From: Eledone cirrhosa | Taxonomy: Eukaryota | DNA length: 64,000 nucleotides | NCBI GenBank assembly: GCA_964016885.1 | Contig: OZ024741.1 | Location: 170,810,001-170,874,000 of the forward strand | Reading direction: 5' to 3' | Shown here: one piece after another, positions 14,366 through 28,045 of the stretch | How positions within the stretch are numbered: position 1 is the first letter of the stretch | Layout of the letters: each line of letters begins with the position of its first letter | Translations under genes and position numbers: made by a program | The notes under the pieces: generated by a model | What the model was told of the DNA's origin: nothing | The model's input: the letters and a program-made list of their open reading frames with translations, nothing else | Databases searched by the model: none

Positions 14366-14624
14366 TTCTTTAATAACCACAAGGGTTTACATAAAGTAGA
14401 CATTAAGGACAGTGCAGGACAATACAGGACGGTACAAATGGGCATTTCTGCGTGTAAAAAACAAAAACAGAGGATGTAACAAAAAAATAATGAAAAATTC
14501 CCCAATAGGGGAGAGACTTCGGAGGGACATTTGTGGAGAAAGCCTAGTAAAAGGCCACAGTGACCCTGACCACCAAGGCAAGTGCCCTCTCCCAGTTTTC
14601 CACCTTTAATTTACAGATACGAAC

Positions 14625-17600
14625 TCAGATTGCTTCTCTCACCCATCTTTCAACAAAATGCTGGGAAGAGAGCACTTCCCTCTCTACTCTGATTTTCCTT
14701 TTCAAATGAAATTTGAAAAAGTCAATCAGGGCATCACCGAAGAGGTAAGTGCTCGTCTTTAGCCCTTTCAAACGTGTCCACCATACTATCTCTTTCGCCA
14801 TGGCCACCAGACAGATAAAAACTGCCTGCCCTTCCCGGCTAAAGGAAGAGGGCGGGGCAATCCTCACGATGGACTCAGATGATAGCCGGATCCATCCTAC
14901 ACGAGACAGCAGGTGTTTGACATAAACCCACAAGTCAGCAATTTTCGGACACTGGACGAGTGCGTGCAGGACGGTTTCGTCGCCCTGCGCGCATCTCGGA
15001 CATGCCCGGCTGACGGCACATCCATGCCTGTAGAGTTTATCCCGAACTGGCAAGGCTCCTCGGTAGCACTGCCAGGCCAGAGATTTTTGAAAATTGTCCA
15101 TAGGTCCCGGCCCTAAAGTTCTTCCGAAGAGATTGGCTCGTTGATTTTCGTCGACGCCTCGAGTTTCTCCAAGTACGTCGTCGCTCTTCCGCTCCACTAA
15201 TCCTCTATAGAACGCCGAGGTGGAGTTTCCACCGATCACATTGCCCGATTGGTCGAGGGCTGTGAGCGCCTGAAGACATTCCAGTCTTCAGTCGCTTCCT
15301 CTCGGTCTTCGCATGACCCAGGACTGCAGCTCCGTCAAGGAAACGAGCTGGGGAAATACCTGTCTAGCAAACGGCTACCACACCTGATCACCGTCGAGGA
15401 AGAGGTGGAGATGTCATAGCCTGAGTGCGTGTCTACGCATCATCACCCACGGCATTCCCAGCCCTCTACACAGCGGGTGTTGACAGCAGATGGACTGCCT
15501 GACCATCGGAGCGCGTCCCTTCCACAAAAAGCGAAAGAGCAAACGCTCCAGCGCAGTCAGGCGGGGCTTAGGACAAGGTACGACGGTCAGGCGGTAGCAG
15601 ATGACAGACGCGATGTACGCGTTAGCCACCTCCGCTCGACCTTTCAGGGATAGCTTCCTCTCCGCCCATTTCTGGGTGAGAGAAGCCACCCTGCTCGTCA
15701 CCTCGTCCCAGTTTTTGTCCGTCTGGAGGTCCGGACCGAACCAGACCCCTAGCAATTTAACCGGTCCGTCCGTCCACCGTCCGATGACGCTGTTGGACGG
15801 CATGGACCTTCCTCTCCAGGTGCCGAGCTGCAGGCCCACTGACTTTTCCTGGTTGATCATTGCTCCTGTCACCGCTTCATATTCTCTTAGTGTAGTGCCG
15901 ATCGCCTCGATGTGTTTGGCGTTCGACACCACTACGGTGACATCGTCCGCTTATGCTGACACGGATCTTCCGCATCCTAGTTCGCGCGGGACGCCCCTCA
16001 ACGTCTCCAGTTTGTGCAGTATTGGCTCGAGAGTCAATACGTACAATAGGGACGAGAGGGGACATCCTTGGCGGACCGAGCGCATGATGTTGAACGGTTC
16101 CGAAAGGTGACCGTTCACTCTCACCACGGAGCATATGTCGCTGTGCATGGCAGCGATCCAGCCTCTGGAGACGGGCCCAAAGCCAGCCGCCCTCAGGACT
16201 GCCGCTAGGTAACGATGGTCGACCCTATCGAAAGCTTTCGACTGATCTAAATTGATCAAGGACCCACCCGTGCCAGGTTCCCTAGCTACCCTCTCTACGA
16301 TGTATCGCATGAGGTGGAGGTTGTCGTGGATGGATCTGTCGGGAATGGCGCATGTCTGCGCCTCTCCCACCAGACCACCAACAACAAGTGCCAACCTCTT
16401 TGCTAGCACCTTGGCCAAAATCTTGAACTCTGTGTTTATCAGAGTTATGAGCCGGAAATTATCTATGTTATCCCCCTAGTTCGGATCCTTTCTCAGAAGT
16501 GCCACCGCTCCTCGGCTCACAGAACTGGGAATTCTCCCGTTCTGTTGCCAGTTGCAGTAGACCTCCGCCAAGAGGCCTTCCGAACAATTCTGGCATCTGT
16601 ACGTAAAGTTCATAGGCAGACCATCCAAACCAGGCGATTTACCCCTTGTGCAGCCCTTCATTGCCTCACTTACTTCAGCGGCTGTTATCGGCTTTTCGCA
16701 ACACTCCGCCTCAGTGGCCGAGAGCCGCGGCAGTCCATCGAGGTAGACACTAAAGTCCATCCCTCGACCCGGCCCACCGTTTCCCCCGAACAACTGAGCG
16801 AAGTGTCTCTGAAAAGCTTCACACATTTTCCCGTGATCGAGTAGCATGCGCCCGTCGTGGTCCACCAAAGACCGGATCGTGGCTTTGTTGCCACGACGCG
16901 CCTCCGCCACTCGGGACCATTGAACGGCTTTCGTCCCCTCGTGTCTGAGAGCACGCACCCTAGCTCTGACAACGCAGCCTTCGTGCTTTGCATTGAAGAA
17001 TTGGTCAAGGGCCAATTTCCCCGCAAGCACGTCGGTCGCAACGCCTTTACTAAGATCCTCGTCTAAATTTCTAACTAGTTCTCCCTCTGCTCTATTTTTC
17101 TCTATTGCTAAAGCCTTACTAAACCTAATGGATTCTATTCTAATCGCTCTTTTCAGAGCAAACCACCACTTGTTGTTGACGATGGCCTCGTCAACGCCCG
17201 CTTAACTAGTTCGCTAATCCGGTCTCTGTAGGCCTTGCGCGCTGGTAAGGACGCGTTTAGCTTCCAGTAGCCGGGTCCTCGTCTATGAAGCCTATCTAAG
17301 TCAAGCACACAGATCACGAATTTGTGGTCCGTGTAGCTGACTATCTTGAATTGTGGACAGCCTATGCTAGACCTATCTATTTCCCTACAAAATACTCTAT
17401 CTAGATATGATCTGGATGACCCTATGCGATTTGTCCAAGTCCATATTGGCACATTCGTGAAATCCAATCGGTACCTGTCAGACAGTTCAAAACGCCTGAG
17501 CAGGTTGGTGAGGCTCCTGCAACCTCCACCCCTATCCGCTAATCCCACACAGTCCCAGCGTGCATCTAAGATCCCGTTCCAGTCGCCCACTAACACTAAA

Positions 17601-17965
17601 TAGCGGGACGTTCCAAGAAAGGTCTCCAGACGCCGGAAGATATCAGGCCGCCCTGCTCCTGTCGGGGAATAGACGGCCAGTAGCCTGAAAGCTTGTCCGT
17701 CTCCGCTGGTCACGTCCAGCACCACCAACTTACCCTTTGGGTCCAGGAAGATGGCCCGTATGGCGAGATCCAAACCTCTCCGAAAAAGCACAGCAACTCT
17801 TTCCCCCGATCCAGGACGGCTGGGAGATGCGTACACATCGTAGCCGCCGAAGATCGGTGCGAAGGCCCGTGCTTCGGAGATTCTGGTCTCCCTTATGGCC
17901 ACTACATCTATGTTTAGTGACCCCAAACCACGCGCATTTATGCTGCCTATTCTGAGGGAGGTCAT
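14625..17965 (-). pseudogene. ORF2 APE-RT, fragmented
   Basis: GSINARGL, GDWNG, YTDH; KSPGLDGLP, DQSKAFDRV, RQGCPLS; YADD broken by frameshift near 15951; CPRCAQGDETVLHALVQC. Confidence 0.93.
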
Positions 17966-17967
17966 GT

Positions 17968-19526
17968 TTAAAATAGAGTGGAAAAGATGGGAAAGACCAC
18001 TTACCGTACTTTTCGTAGAGGAGGGATGGTTTTTCCATCCCTTTTCACTTGATCGTCTGGTAAAGGGACCGTTGAATCGTCCCTTCGGCTGGTCATCGGC
18101 TCTTCTATGAGTATGTCCGAATATACTCTTCGGTTGAGAGTCCCTCCTAGGTCTCTGAAATCACCAACTGCGTTGGGGAATTTCGTTTTAATGTTTGTGT
18201 ATTGTTTCTGTGCTATTTTTAGCAGTCTTATGTTAGTTGGCGTTTTGATTGGTGCTGGTATTATGTAGTCGTGTTGTGAAATGTCTGTGTGTTCAATTAT
18301 GTAATTCATTAGTTTCTTGTTGTGTGTATTTAATGCCGTGCATTTGTTTTTTCTGGGGGTGGGGTGTGGTTCTGCTATTTTCTTGTCGTTGTTGCTGGGT
18401 GTGTGTGTTTTGTTGTTGTGTTTGCAATGTTGGTGCTTGTGGTGGTGGTGTTGAAGGTGTTGTTGTTGTTGGCGGTGGGGTTGTCGCCATTGGCGATGGC
18501 GGTGCTAGTGTGGGTGGTGATGGTGTTGGTGGTGTTGCTGCTGTGAGTCTCTTTGCCGTGGCCTTTACCCTTTTTTCATTTCTTTCCTCCCTTTTCAAAG
18601 GCGACGATGCGCTGCTTCTGCGTTTGTGCCTTCTTACGACCTTTTGCCATCCCTCTCCCACCTCACACTCCATGTCTGATTCTGTGAGGTCGGGGAGGGG
18701 TACCAGCTCCACTCTTTCACTTGTTGTTGTTGGTGATGTTTGCTCTGGAGTCTCTGCTGCAGCTGCATTTGGTATTGCTGTTGTTGTTGTTAATACTTCC
18801 ACTGCTGCTGCTGTTTTTGATTTCCGTGGCGTGGGTATGGGTGCCACGGACCTATCGTTCCTGGTTGCCGCTTGTCCTGTTGCTGGTAGCCGTGGAGCCG
18901 ATTTTGGAAGGAAGGGGGTTTTCTCCTTTCTCAGGGTCTTCTCGTTGCAGAAGGCCCTGAGGTGAGTCTTCGATCCACAGCGAAAGCATTTCGGGCGTTT
19001 GCCCTCAACACTTATGGGCAGTTGAGTGCCGTTATCGAAGTCTATCGCATCCGGGATAGCTTCGATGCACTCCTGGTTGGTTTGGATTAACATCTCAATG
19101 GAGGTGCCGACCCAATCTTCTCTTACTTTTTTCTGTACTTGCAGTACAGTTGTTTTGTCCTCGATTCCGACGAGGACAGACGCGGCCAGCCAAGATGGGG
19201 CCATCCCGGGGGGGACGTGGGTCAGTTTGATCCTCACAATTTTTTGCTCGCAGTAGAAGGGCACCAACACCATTTCCTCGCTCCTTAGGGTCACTAAGGA
19301 TTGAACCTTTGCCTCCTGGGGTGTGGCAAAAAGTACGTCTATGGTGGCATATTTCTTGCCTCGGGTGATGTGCGTTTTCCGCTGCCACACAGACCCCAAG
19401 GCTTTTTGTATTTGAGCCTCTGTGGCTCTTTCAACTCTACGGAATTTTGTGCTTACTGTATGGTACGTGACCGTAAGAAGACGGAATGAGTGGGAGTGAC
19501 CTACGAACATTATTTTTCGTAGCCAT
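17968..19526 (-). pseudogene. ORF1 (zinc knuckle, Pro/Thr-rich)
   Basis: ORFs 18293-19510 and 18001-18309; CFRCGSKTHLRAFC preceded by VEGKRP, matching VEGRRP in the first element. Confidence 0.85.
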
Positions 19527-19759
19527 GTTGTTTTTTTTGTTTAAAATAAATATTGGGCACAAAACCCCAATAAGCGGTTATTTAACCCCGAAGGGCCAAC
19601 AACGGGCAGAAAGACCCCTCTCACGGGGAGGAGAGTGTTTTTGTCTACAAGTTGGTTAAAGTTTTAAACAATTTACAATTGTTATAGTGGTCAAAATTTA
19701 TAATGCCTTACAGAGCCGAGCCTCCGTCAACCATAGCATTCAATAATAATAATAATAAT

Positions 19760-19877
19760 AATAATTGTTTCTACTTTTGGCACAAGGCCAGCAATTACCC
19801 AATGCATTACTGGTACTCTATTCTATCGACCCTGGAAGGATGAAAGGCGAAGTTAACCTCGGCGGGATTTGAACTCA
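19760..19877 (-). mobile_element. SINE, 5'-truncated
   Basis: Same family as 8447-8635; its (ATT)n tail abuts the Tx1 5' end. Confidence 0.88.
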
Positions 19878-19904
19878 TAATAATAATAATGATAAAAATA
19901 TTTA

Positions 19905-19961
<57 letters not shown>

Positions 19962-19978
19962 ATACCTACACACACAAA

Positions 19979-20042
<64 letters not shown>

Positions 20043-20166
20043 ACATATATACATATATATATATATAGTGGTAGAACACTGGCTGATGTGTTATATCAGC
20101 AATAGTAGAGCACTCAGTCCATGGGACGAGTTTGGTAGTAGTTCCACAACTGTAAATACACCATTT

Positions 20167-20208
20167 CTGAGAACAATTTGTTTCACCTCAAACGGATCAT
20201 CAGCTCGG
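20167..20208 (-). ncRNA. Type I hammerhead ribozyme
   Basis: ccgag CTGATGA t cc gtttga gg t GAAA caaattg TT ctcag. Confidence 0.65.
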
Positions 20209-20734
20209 TTTATAAGAGATAACATGGAAAAGGAAACGATGGCACAAGATATTCTCAGGGAGGCAACTGCGAAACAACAGAATACAATAGATTATTCAGG
20301 ATACTCGGTGTAGAGGTGTTACGTCCGATTGTCAGTCGGGGGCTTAAAAATTACGGAATAGGTGTTTCCACACGTGGTGATAACGTGTGTATAAATTCGA
20401 ATCTCGTGTTTAGACAAGCGCTATTACCTACATCCTCGGGATATTGATTCTTTCTTCAATGCACAGCCCACAAGACTGATTCACATTTCTGTATGGCTTA
20501 GATTTGCTTATAACTTTCCACTGGATGGAATAATCTACGCCTGCGTTCTTGAGGGACCATATGTGGCTTGGGAATTCGTGGACGATCCTTTCTCCGAGTA
20601 TCTGAATGTCAATTCCGTACTTTCGCAGTTACCTCCCTCAAATCGATCTAACGTGTGTTTTCTCCCCTTTGAGAATATCTTTTTCGCATGTTAATTTGTG
20701 CCATCGTTACCTTTTCTGTGTTATCTCATTTAAA

Positions 20735-20776
20735 CCGAGCTGATGAACTATTTGAGGTGAAACAAATTGTTCTCAG
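20735..20776 (+). ncRNA. Type I hammerhead ribozyme (inverted partner of 20167-20208)
   Basis: ccgag CTGATGA act atttg aggt GAAA caaattg TT ctcag. Confidence 0.65.
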
Positions 20777-20835
20777 TAATGGTGCATTTACTGCTGTGGA
20801 ACTACTTCTATATATACATACATAACACACACAAA

Positions 20836-20957
<122 letters not shown>

Positions 20958-20970
20958 CAGAGAGAGAGAG

Positions 20971-21074
20971 AGGGGTAGTCCCCCCGAAAATGTATACGCT
21001 CTTTGATTACCTGCACAGGCAATTTTTATTAGAATGCTGTTAAAGAGTATATACAATTTTGGGAGATGCGTGTA
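20971..21074. mobile_element. Degenerate Tc1/mariner-type mini-MITE
   Basis: gggtagtcccccgaaaatgtatac ... gtatatacaattttgggaga imperfect TIRs; resembles 45652-45731. Confidence 0.45.
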
Positions 21075-21153
21075 TGTTTGTACGTGTGTGCTTGATAAAG
21101 TACAGTGCATATACACTAATTATTGTTGGAAGAAAATATTTTTTAAAATATGC

Positions 21154-21221
<68 letters not shown>

Positions 21222-21264
21222 GGAGAGGGAGAAAATGAGAGAGAGAAAGAGAGAGAGAGAGGGA

Positions 21265-21330
<66 letters not shown>

Positions 21331-22129
21331 GGTCCTATATATAGTTATAGTTTCTTACTGACACAATTTACAGTATGTATTCACAATTCTTTCACCATGT
21401 TCTGCCTTCCTTCCTTAGTTTAGTACGTAAAGCATTTACCATATATTTACAATAAATAAATAAGTAAATAAATTCATAAATAGAACTAAATACACAAAAG
21501 CTAGACACTCAATCAATTTCTACTTTCAAATACTTTGTAAATTGGCTGAAAATGATATTTTTATATTTATAGAAGTCTGAAGAAAATTTAGAAACGTATG
21601 GATGAACAAACGGATAATAATTAGATACATAGTTCAAATAAATTAGCTTCAAAGAACACGAGCAAAGACAATTTATTTTGATTTAACTTACTATACAAAT
21701 CCTATTACACACAAACACTCATAAACACGTGTACATACACACACACACACATACATACATACATACATACATACATACATACATACATACACACATACGT
21801 ACATGGTGGCTGCCAACTCGTTTTCGAGTACGGCCACTACTTTATATCCATGTAGGAGAACCCCTACCGATGCGCTGAACGAGCGTGACTTTTTAGTCCA
21901 GCCAGCCACTTGAAAACTCTGGTACAAACACTACACTTGTGACAATTACTGACAGATCGTGCTGGGCCCATGGTACCATGTGATGACAAGTGCAGAGAGA
22001 TCTCCAGATATAAAGCAATGCCTGTGCCGTGAAGCTTTTATAGTGAGCAAAGGCACTGCACAAAGCCAGTCCCACTCTCTTAACCAAGATGATATTTACC
22101 AAAAAGAAGAACAAGTCAACATCATTGGA

Positions 22130-22400
22130 TACCACCAGGGTTGCAGGTGTTATATCAGAGTTTTCCTTCTCCTAGAATTCTGCCTTGACAAAGGCTAAGA
22201 GGTCATCTCTCCAGGTGATTTTGGATGACCATTGACACTTAAGAGCTCCTTTGCCCTTTGACAGGTTTTGTTTTTAGTCCTGCAGGATGTCCAAAGTCAC
22301 CCTCCTCACCAGGAAACCTTGGTGGGGTTGCCAGTTTAGTCGCCAACGACCCGACCATGGGACAGGTTGTACTGGGATACATGTTACCAGTAGCACCAAC
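22130..22400 (-). mobile_element. Probable 5' UTR remnant of an RTE-type LINE
   Basis: - strand ctaggagaaggaaaactctga motif recalled from RTE 5' UTRs; no ORF. Confidence 0.35.
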
Positions 22401-22814
22401 TGGTGACATGACATACAAACATACATACATACATACATACATACATACATACATACATACATACATACATGTATAGATCTGTGTGGGTGTTGGGGTCAAT
22501 GTGTACAAGTGTGCAGCGAATACATAGAAATGATAGAATGTCCGATAGTTATATATATAATAAGAAAAATTCGATGTTCGTTGTAGATGTTAAAGAGTCC
22601 TTCAATAACAAGGTATAATTCAATGATTACGTTTCCGAGGCAATCCAACGTAAAGACATGGGAACGGAGGAAAATGATTTTTTTTTTTTATATCAGATAT
22701 CCCCTCCCTATAAATGTTTAAGCGGTAAAAACGCCGTTCGATCACGAATGATCATGGGTTTTGCATCATAAAATTTCCCCTCCGTGGCACAACACAATGC
22801 ATAACAGTGCACGC

Positions 22815-23018
22815 TCACTAGGCAACCAATGTACTTCGAGAGAAAGGCAAAGTTTGATATAGCGTAGCAACAGTGATGTCACAAACTATTTCTATAGCTG
22901 AGTAAATTGGAGAAATCTGAAATAAACTGACTTGCTCAAGGACACAACACATTGCCAAGTTTGAGAATGGAACACTCACGATTGTGAAACCTGCTCTCAA
23001 ACGACTTAGCCACACCTC
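22815..23018 (-). mobile_element. Old tRNA-derived SINE with CORE/Meta-like domain
   Basis: gtgtggctaagtcgtt A-box-like start; gttgtgtccttgagcaagtca. Confidence 0.55.
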
Positions 23019-23249
23019 GTTACACACACACACACACACACACAAACACACATTCTCTCCCGATCTCTCTCACACACACATACACACACATACTCACACA
23101 TTTACACACAGATGTGTATAGTATGTTTTTCGAAGGCGAATTAACAGGTAATACACTAGTATTTTCGTTGCTTTCAAATTTTCAAAATCTGTTTTGCATT
23201 GTCATCGAGTAGCATGCTACACTTCATACACTAACTCAATGCTTCAAGC

Positions 23250-23288
<39 letters not shown>

Positions 23289-23366
23289 AAATAAATAAGT
23301 CAAATATTTACAATTTGGCTTCCTTTATTACTGCTATATATATTTCCGTGAAATATATATAGCAGT

Positions 23367-23553
23367 AATAATTGTTTCTACTTTAGGCACAAGGCCAGCA
23401 ATTAACCAGTGCATTACTGGTACTTTATTTTATCGACACCGTAAGGATGAAAGGCAAAGTCAACCTCGGCGGGATTTGAACTCAGATCGAAAAGGGACGT
23501 AACTATGGTGGAAAGCATGGCGTCCGACCCTCTACCGATACTGCCAATCCACC
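23367..23553 (-). mobile_element. SINE with TSD cagtaataat, inserted into a fold-back element (23283-23603)
   Basis: TSD at 23363-23372 and 23553-23562; flanks form an inverted repeat centred near 23348. Confidence 0.9.
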
Positions 23554-23708
23554 AGTAATAATCGAAGCCAAATTGTAAATATTTGACTTATTTATTTTAT
23601 TTTACATTACTCCCTGCCAAACCAACCTGCGCACTTCGTTGAGTGCTCCAATCTGCATACTGAGGTGTCGGTAAACAACGAACATATACTCAATATATAT
23701 ATATATAT

Positions 23709-23897
23709 AACGAAGGAAATCTGGTAATGAACCAGGTGGACCATAACGCACCAAAGTACTCAATACTTAGGGTAGTAAGGTGGGTGATAGGAACGAGTAG
23801 GACCCCGACGGCTGAGCTCTAGCCGTTTCGACGGCTAATTCTGTCCAGAATTAGCCGTCGAAACGGCTTGAGCTCAGCCGTCGGGGTCCTACTCGTT

Positions 23898-23902
<5 letters not shown>
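23709..23902. mobile_element. Fold-back element with hammerhead 3' half (GAAA cggc TT gagctc)
   Basis: 57-bp arms 23787-23843 / 23846-23902 with one mismatch; (TA)n on both sides. Confidence 0.8.
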
Positions 23903-23932
<30 letters not shown>

Positions 23933-24311
23933 GATTATGTAATTAATCTGAACTGTCATGTCGTCCTCAGTGATCCTATGTTCAGTTGAACCCGACTTCG
24001 AACACCCGTTGAAATACTCTTTACTGCTGTGGTAGTCCAGTAACATTTCAGTGTCACGTACAGGTACGGGGGGGAAAGGTAGTTGTCGTTATCGAAGCGG
24101 GAAATTCATTGTGGGAATCAAACAAAGACAAGCTTCACTATACCTCTTATTGAATCATTGAACCAATTTTTACACATAACTCGAAACAATTTACAATGGA
24201 AAATTTTATCTACATAAATATTACCAAACTGTATGCTACGAAGTAATGTTGTAAAGTTAGACGAAATAATAAGATTTAAATATTAATATATACTTACATA
24301 CAATCATACAT

Positions 24312-24359
<48 letters not shown>

Positions 24360-24511
24360 CGAGAGAGAGAGAGAGATTATGGTGGTGAGACCGTGGAGAC
24401 CACTAATCATGGGAGTAATCAATGCGCGTGGAGATGCAGAGTGGGTACAGAGATATGCAAAATACCGACCGCTGCTCAAAGCGGTCGGGATTTTACACCT
24501 CTCTCTCTCCT

Positions 24512-24560
<49 letters not shown>

Positions 24561-24652
24561 AGATATATACATATGCATAAATAAATAAATAAATAAATAA
24601 ATATATATATGCATAAATAAACAAATATATATACATATGCATAAGTAAATAA

Positions 24653-24689
<37 letters not shown>

Positions 24690-24930
24690 ATGCAAACCCT
24701 TATAATGTATTTCATGTACAATGTGACTAGAATATAATAAAGCACCAAATATATATGGACATTGAAAATACGAATATGGAATTGTTTATTATAAAAGCTG
24801 AAAGAAAGAGATAGCTAACGTAAAATGTGTACAGAGCTACACTTACACAAATACAGGGACGGATAGATAAATATTTGGTATAGTCTATGTGTAAGTGTTT
24901 TTCTATACTTCTCTCCTTATCTCTCTCTCT

Positions 24931-24975
<45 letters not shown>

Positions 24976-25008
24976 TGTGTGTGTGTGTGTACGTACATAT
25001 ACATACAT

Positions 25009-25107
<99 letters not shown>

Positions 25108-26085
25108 CATACGCATATATAAATATGCTTATATACATAAAATATGAACATTCAACATGGCTCTTCTGGGACTTCATTGTTAAGAAATGAAGCATTTATA
25201 GAATGTCTAGACAGTTAGAAACACTATATTTGAGTAGCTGTCCCTTGATGTAGTCAGCTATAAAGAACAATAACAACTTCATGCTCAACAACAATGACAA
25301 GTATAATTACATCAATCGTAGAAAAAATCCACGCCTAACATGATCAAACACAATGAGAACTGCGCAAGTTAAAACAATCACAACAACCTACAAAGAACTG
25401 TGCTGATTAGAACAACTATACAAACCCAATCTGAGTGTCTCCTTATAGACATAGCAGTAAAAGCTCCCTCAAATCACTTCTTAGAGCCTTGGGAAATAGG
25501 GTTCATAAGGATAATCTATTCCTTGAAATATTTCTTATAAGACAAGGTTGACATCGGTTGGAGTGCCTAAAGCCAGAATTCGGCTGACACAGGGTTGGCG
25601 GAGGGTTGAACAATAACAAATATTTTATTTTTAAAAGCTGCACAATTTACAAAATTTACAACAAAGAGATCAGTGACCACATCAACTACAGTAATTACAA
25701 TGTAAAATGTGTTTGTTACAGCAACATCATACACCGCAGCAATAATCCCACCAACTACAACGATATTAACAACAATGGGAACTGTTCAAATTACACCAGC
25801 AGTAGCTAAAACAATAAAACACATAGTCAACAACAAGAAAGAGGAGAACGATGCAAGCAGTTTGCAAATGAACAACAATACACACAAAACAATAATATAC
25901 ATAATAGCCGTCTGAAGAATTACTACCATAACAACTACAACTGTACTTATAACAACATAAAGCATAACAAAAGCAACAATAATAAGGAACAGTGATACGA
26001 AGATGATTATCAATAAGTATATATAGTACAACAAAACATCTCTCGGCATTTGTCTCTTGAGAATACAATCGAAAATAATAAAATA

Positions 26086-26160
<75 letters not shown>

Positions 26161-26280
26161 TATGTATATATATATATATATAATCACGTAAAAACGCAAA
26201 ACATATAGAACTAAATATTTAAAACGAACGAAAAACTGTGTGGAATCTAAGTGTTGCCAAAGACTCCTTTTTTAATATAG

Positions 26281-26358
<78 letters not shown>

Positions 26359-26413
26359 CACACACACGCACACACATATATATATACATACAATATATGT
26401 TATCTACTTATGG

Positions 26414-26591
26414 AGGGCAGTGGATTGGCAGGGGGTCAGACACCATGCTTTCCAGCATAGTTACGTCCCTTTACGATCTGAGTTCAAATCCTGCCAAGGT
26501 TAACTTTGCTTTACATCCTTACGGGGTCGATAAAATAAAGTACCAGTAATGCACTGGGTAATTGCTGGCCTTGTGCCTAAAGTAGAAACAG
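26414..26591 (+). mobile_element. SINE with 14-bp TSD ttatctacttatgg
   Basis: TSD 26400-26413 and 26592-26605; A/B boxes and Nin-like domain. Confidence 0.92.
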
Positions 26592-26830
26592 TTATCTACT
26601 TATGGTCCCGTATGGGTGCCATTGTGATATGCGGCGTTTCTTGAGCATTTTGAAACCTAGTGGAACCCATTTCTCTCCAGGTCTTAACACGGTATATTTC
26701 ACCCACAGGAAGGATTGGGAGTAAGAAAGAGATATAGAGAAGGAATCGACCCCATTACTAGACTAGTACTTTTTCTATCGGCATCAATAAGATGAAATTT
26801 GAATTTGATATATATATATATATATATATA

Positions 26831-26980
26831 AATGGAAAAGAATGAAATGAAATTTCATTTCTCACTCTTAGTACGGCTGATACTTAAATATAAGTACTGT
26901 ACGTCTGTATACATATATGTATGTGCGGTATATACATACTACTGTACGTCTGTATACATATATGTATGTGCGTATACATA

Positions 26981-26985
<5 letters not shown>
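26831..26985 (-). mobile_element. Family A fragment
   Basis: gaaatttcatttctcactcttagtacggctg matches 2600-2640; ends in (TA)n at the same point as the 2583 copy. Confidence 0.75.
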
Positions 26986-27017
<32 letters not shown>

Positions 27018-27018
<1 letters not shown>

Positions 27019-27380
27019 CATATTCAAGTTTCACTTGGAAAGGAAGGTGGGTGTGCGGAGGAAAGTGTTGCTTCCACCAGTACATTTGATAACAGGTGAG
27101 TAATGCTGCAAGGATCGTCCATATGAATGGGTCTACTCTTACCATGTCCCTATATACTGGCTGATTTGGAGAGGAGAAGGGTGTCCTCCTCATGTGACCC
27201 TGGAGCGCCGTTTTGTTTAAGATTGGTGAGGTTCCTGAGTCAACCCTAAGTTGTCCTCCCTATATTCGAGAATGAATTTGCATCGTCATAACCTTATTGT
27301 ATATTCTTATTGGTTTTTATAATGTGTACAGGATTTTTATGTAAAACATCCACTGTCCCTCTCCTTTGTATTGTTCCATA
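27018..27380 (+). mobile_element. 5'-truncated 3' end of a third Tx1-like element
   Basis: Translates FKFHLERKVGVRRKVL...ARIVHMNGSTL, similar to FKFHLKRKIRVEREVL and ARMARVNGPSL in the two large copies. Confidence 0.7.
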
Positions 27381-27982
27381 TGTCATATCACTGAATCGAA
27401 ACCACTTAAGGAAATTTTAAAATGATAGTTTTACTTAATGGCAAGACAAATTGCCACGAAAATTCTGACGAGTGAAAACCATTTTCCAACCTTCTCACAT
27501 TTCCTCGATATGGAACGATGAAAATACCTCGCACCACTGCTGTATACTAATATAGCTTTCCTTTCGAATGCTCATTTGATACTAAACATGATGTATGATT
27601 ATGTGAATATTTTCTAAGAACATTAGACAATTTTGCGCAGTAGCAGAGAGAAAGGCTTGCTGTATAAATATAGCATGAAGCTAACAAAATATCAAATGGC
27701 TCTGATGGGTTCCAAGGCACAACTGTCAGTTTAAATATGTTTTACTCTATATCTTAAAATAAATTAGGTACTAGATGAATGGCTGTCTTAGATTTAGAAA
27801 TAAGATTGTTATATAAGCATTTATAGAGGTATTGACTTTCTGTTGTGTCTGTGAAGGAAATTGTATTAAGTTTAGACATTTTCACGTACGGCAATCAGTA
27901 CAACCCAATATAGATTTGCACACGAGAGTATATCGCATGAACATTAGACAATATACACAGTAGAAGAAAATCTGACTATCAC

Positions 27983-28040
<58 letters not shown>

Positions 28041-28045
<5 letters not shown>

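Larger units (their letters stand above)
14365..19741 (-). mobile_element. Second Tx1/L1-clade retrotransposon, near full length, inactivated
   Basis: Same domain order on - strand; flanked by (AAT)n on both sides (14317-14364, 19742-19764). Confidence 0.93.
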
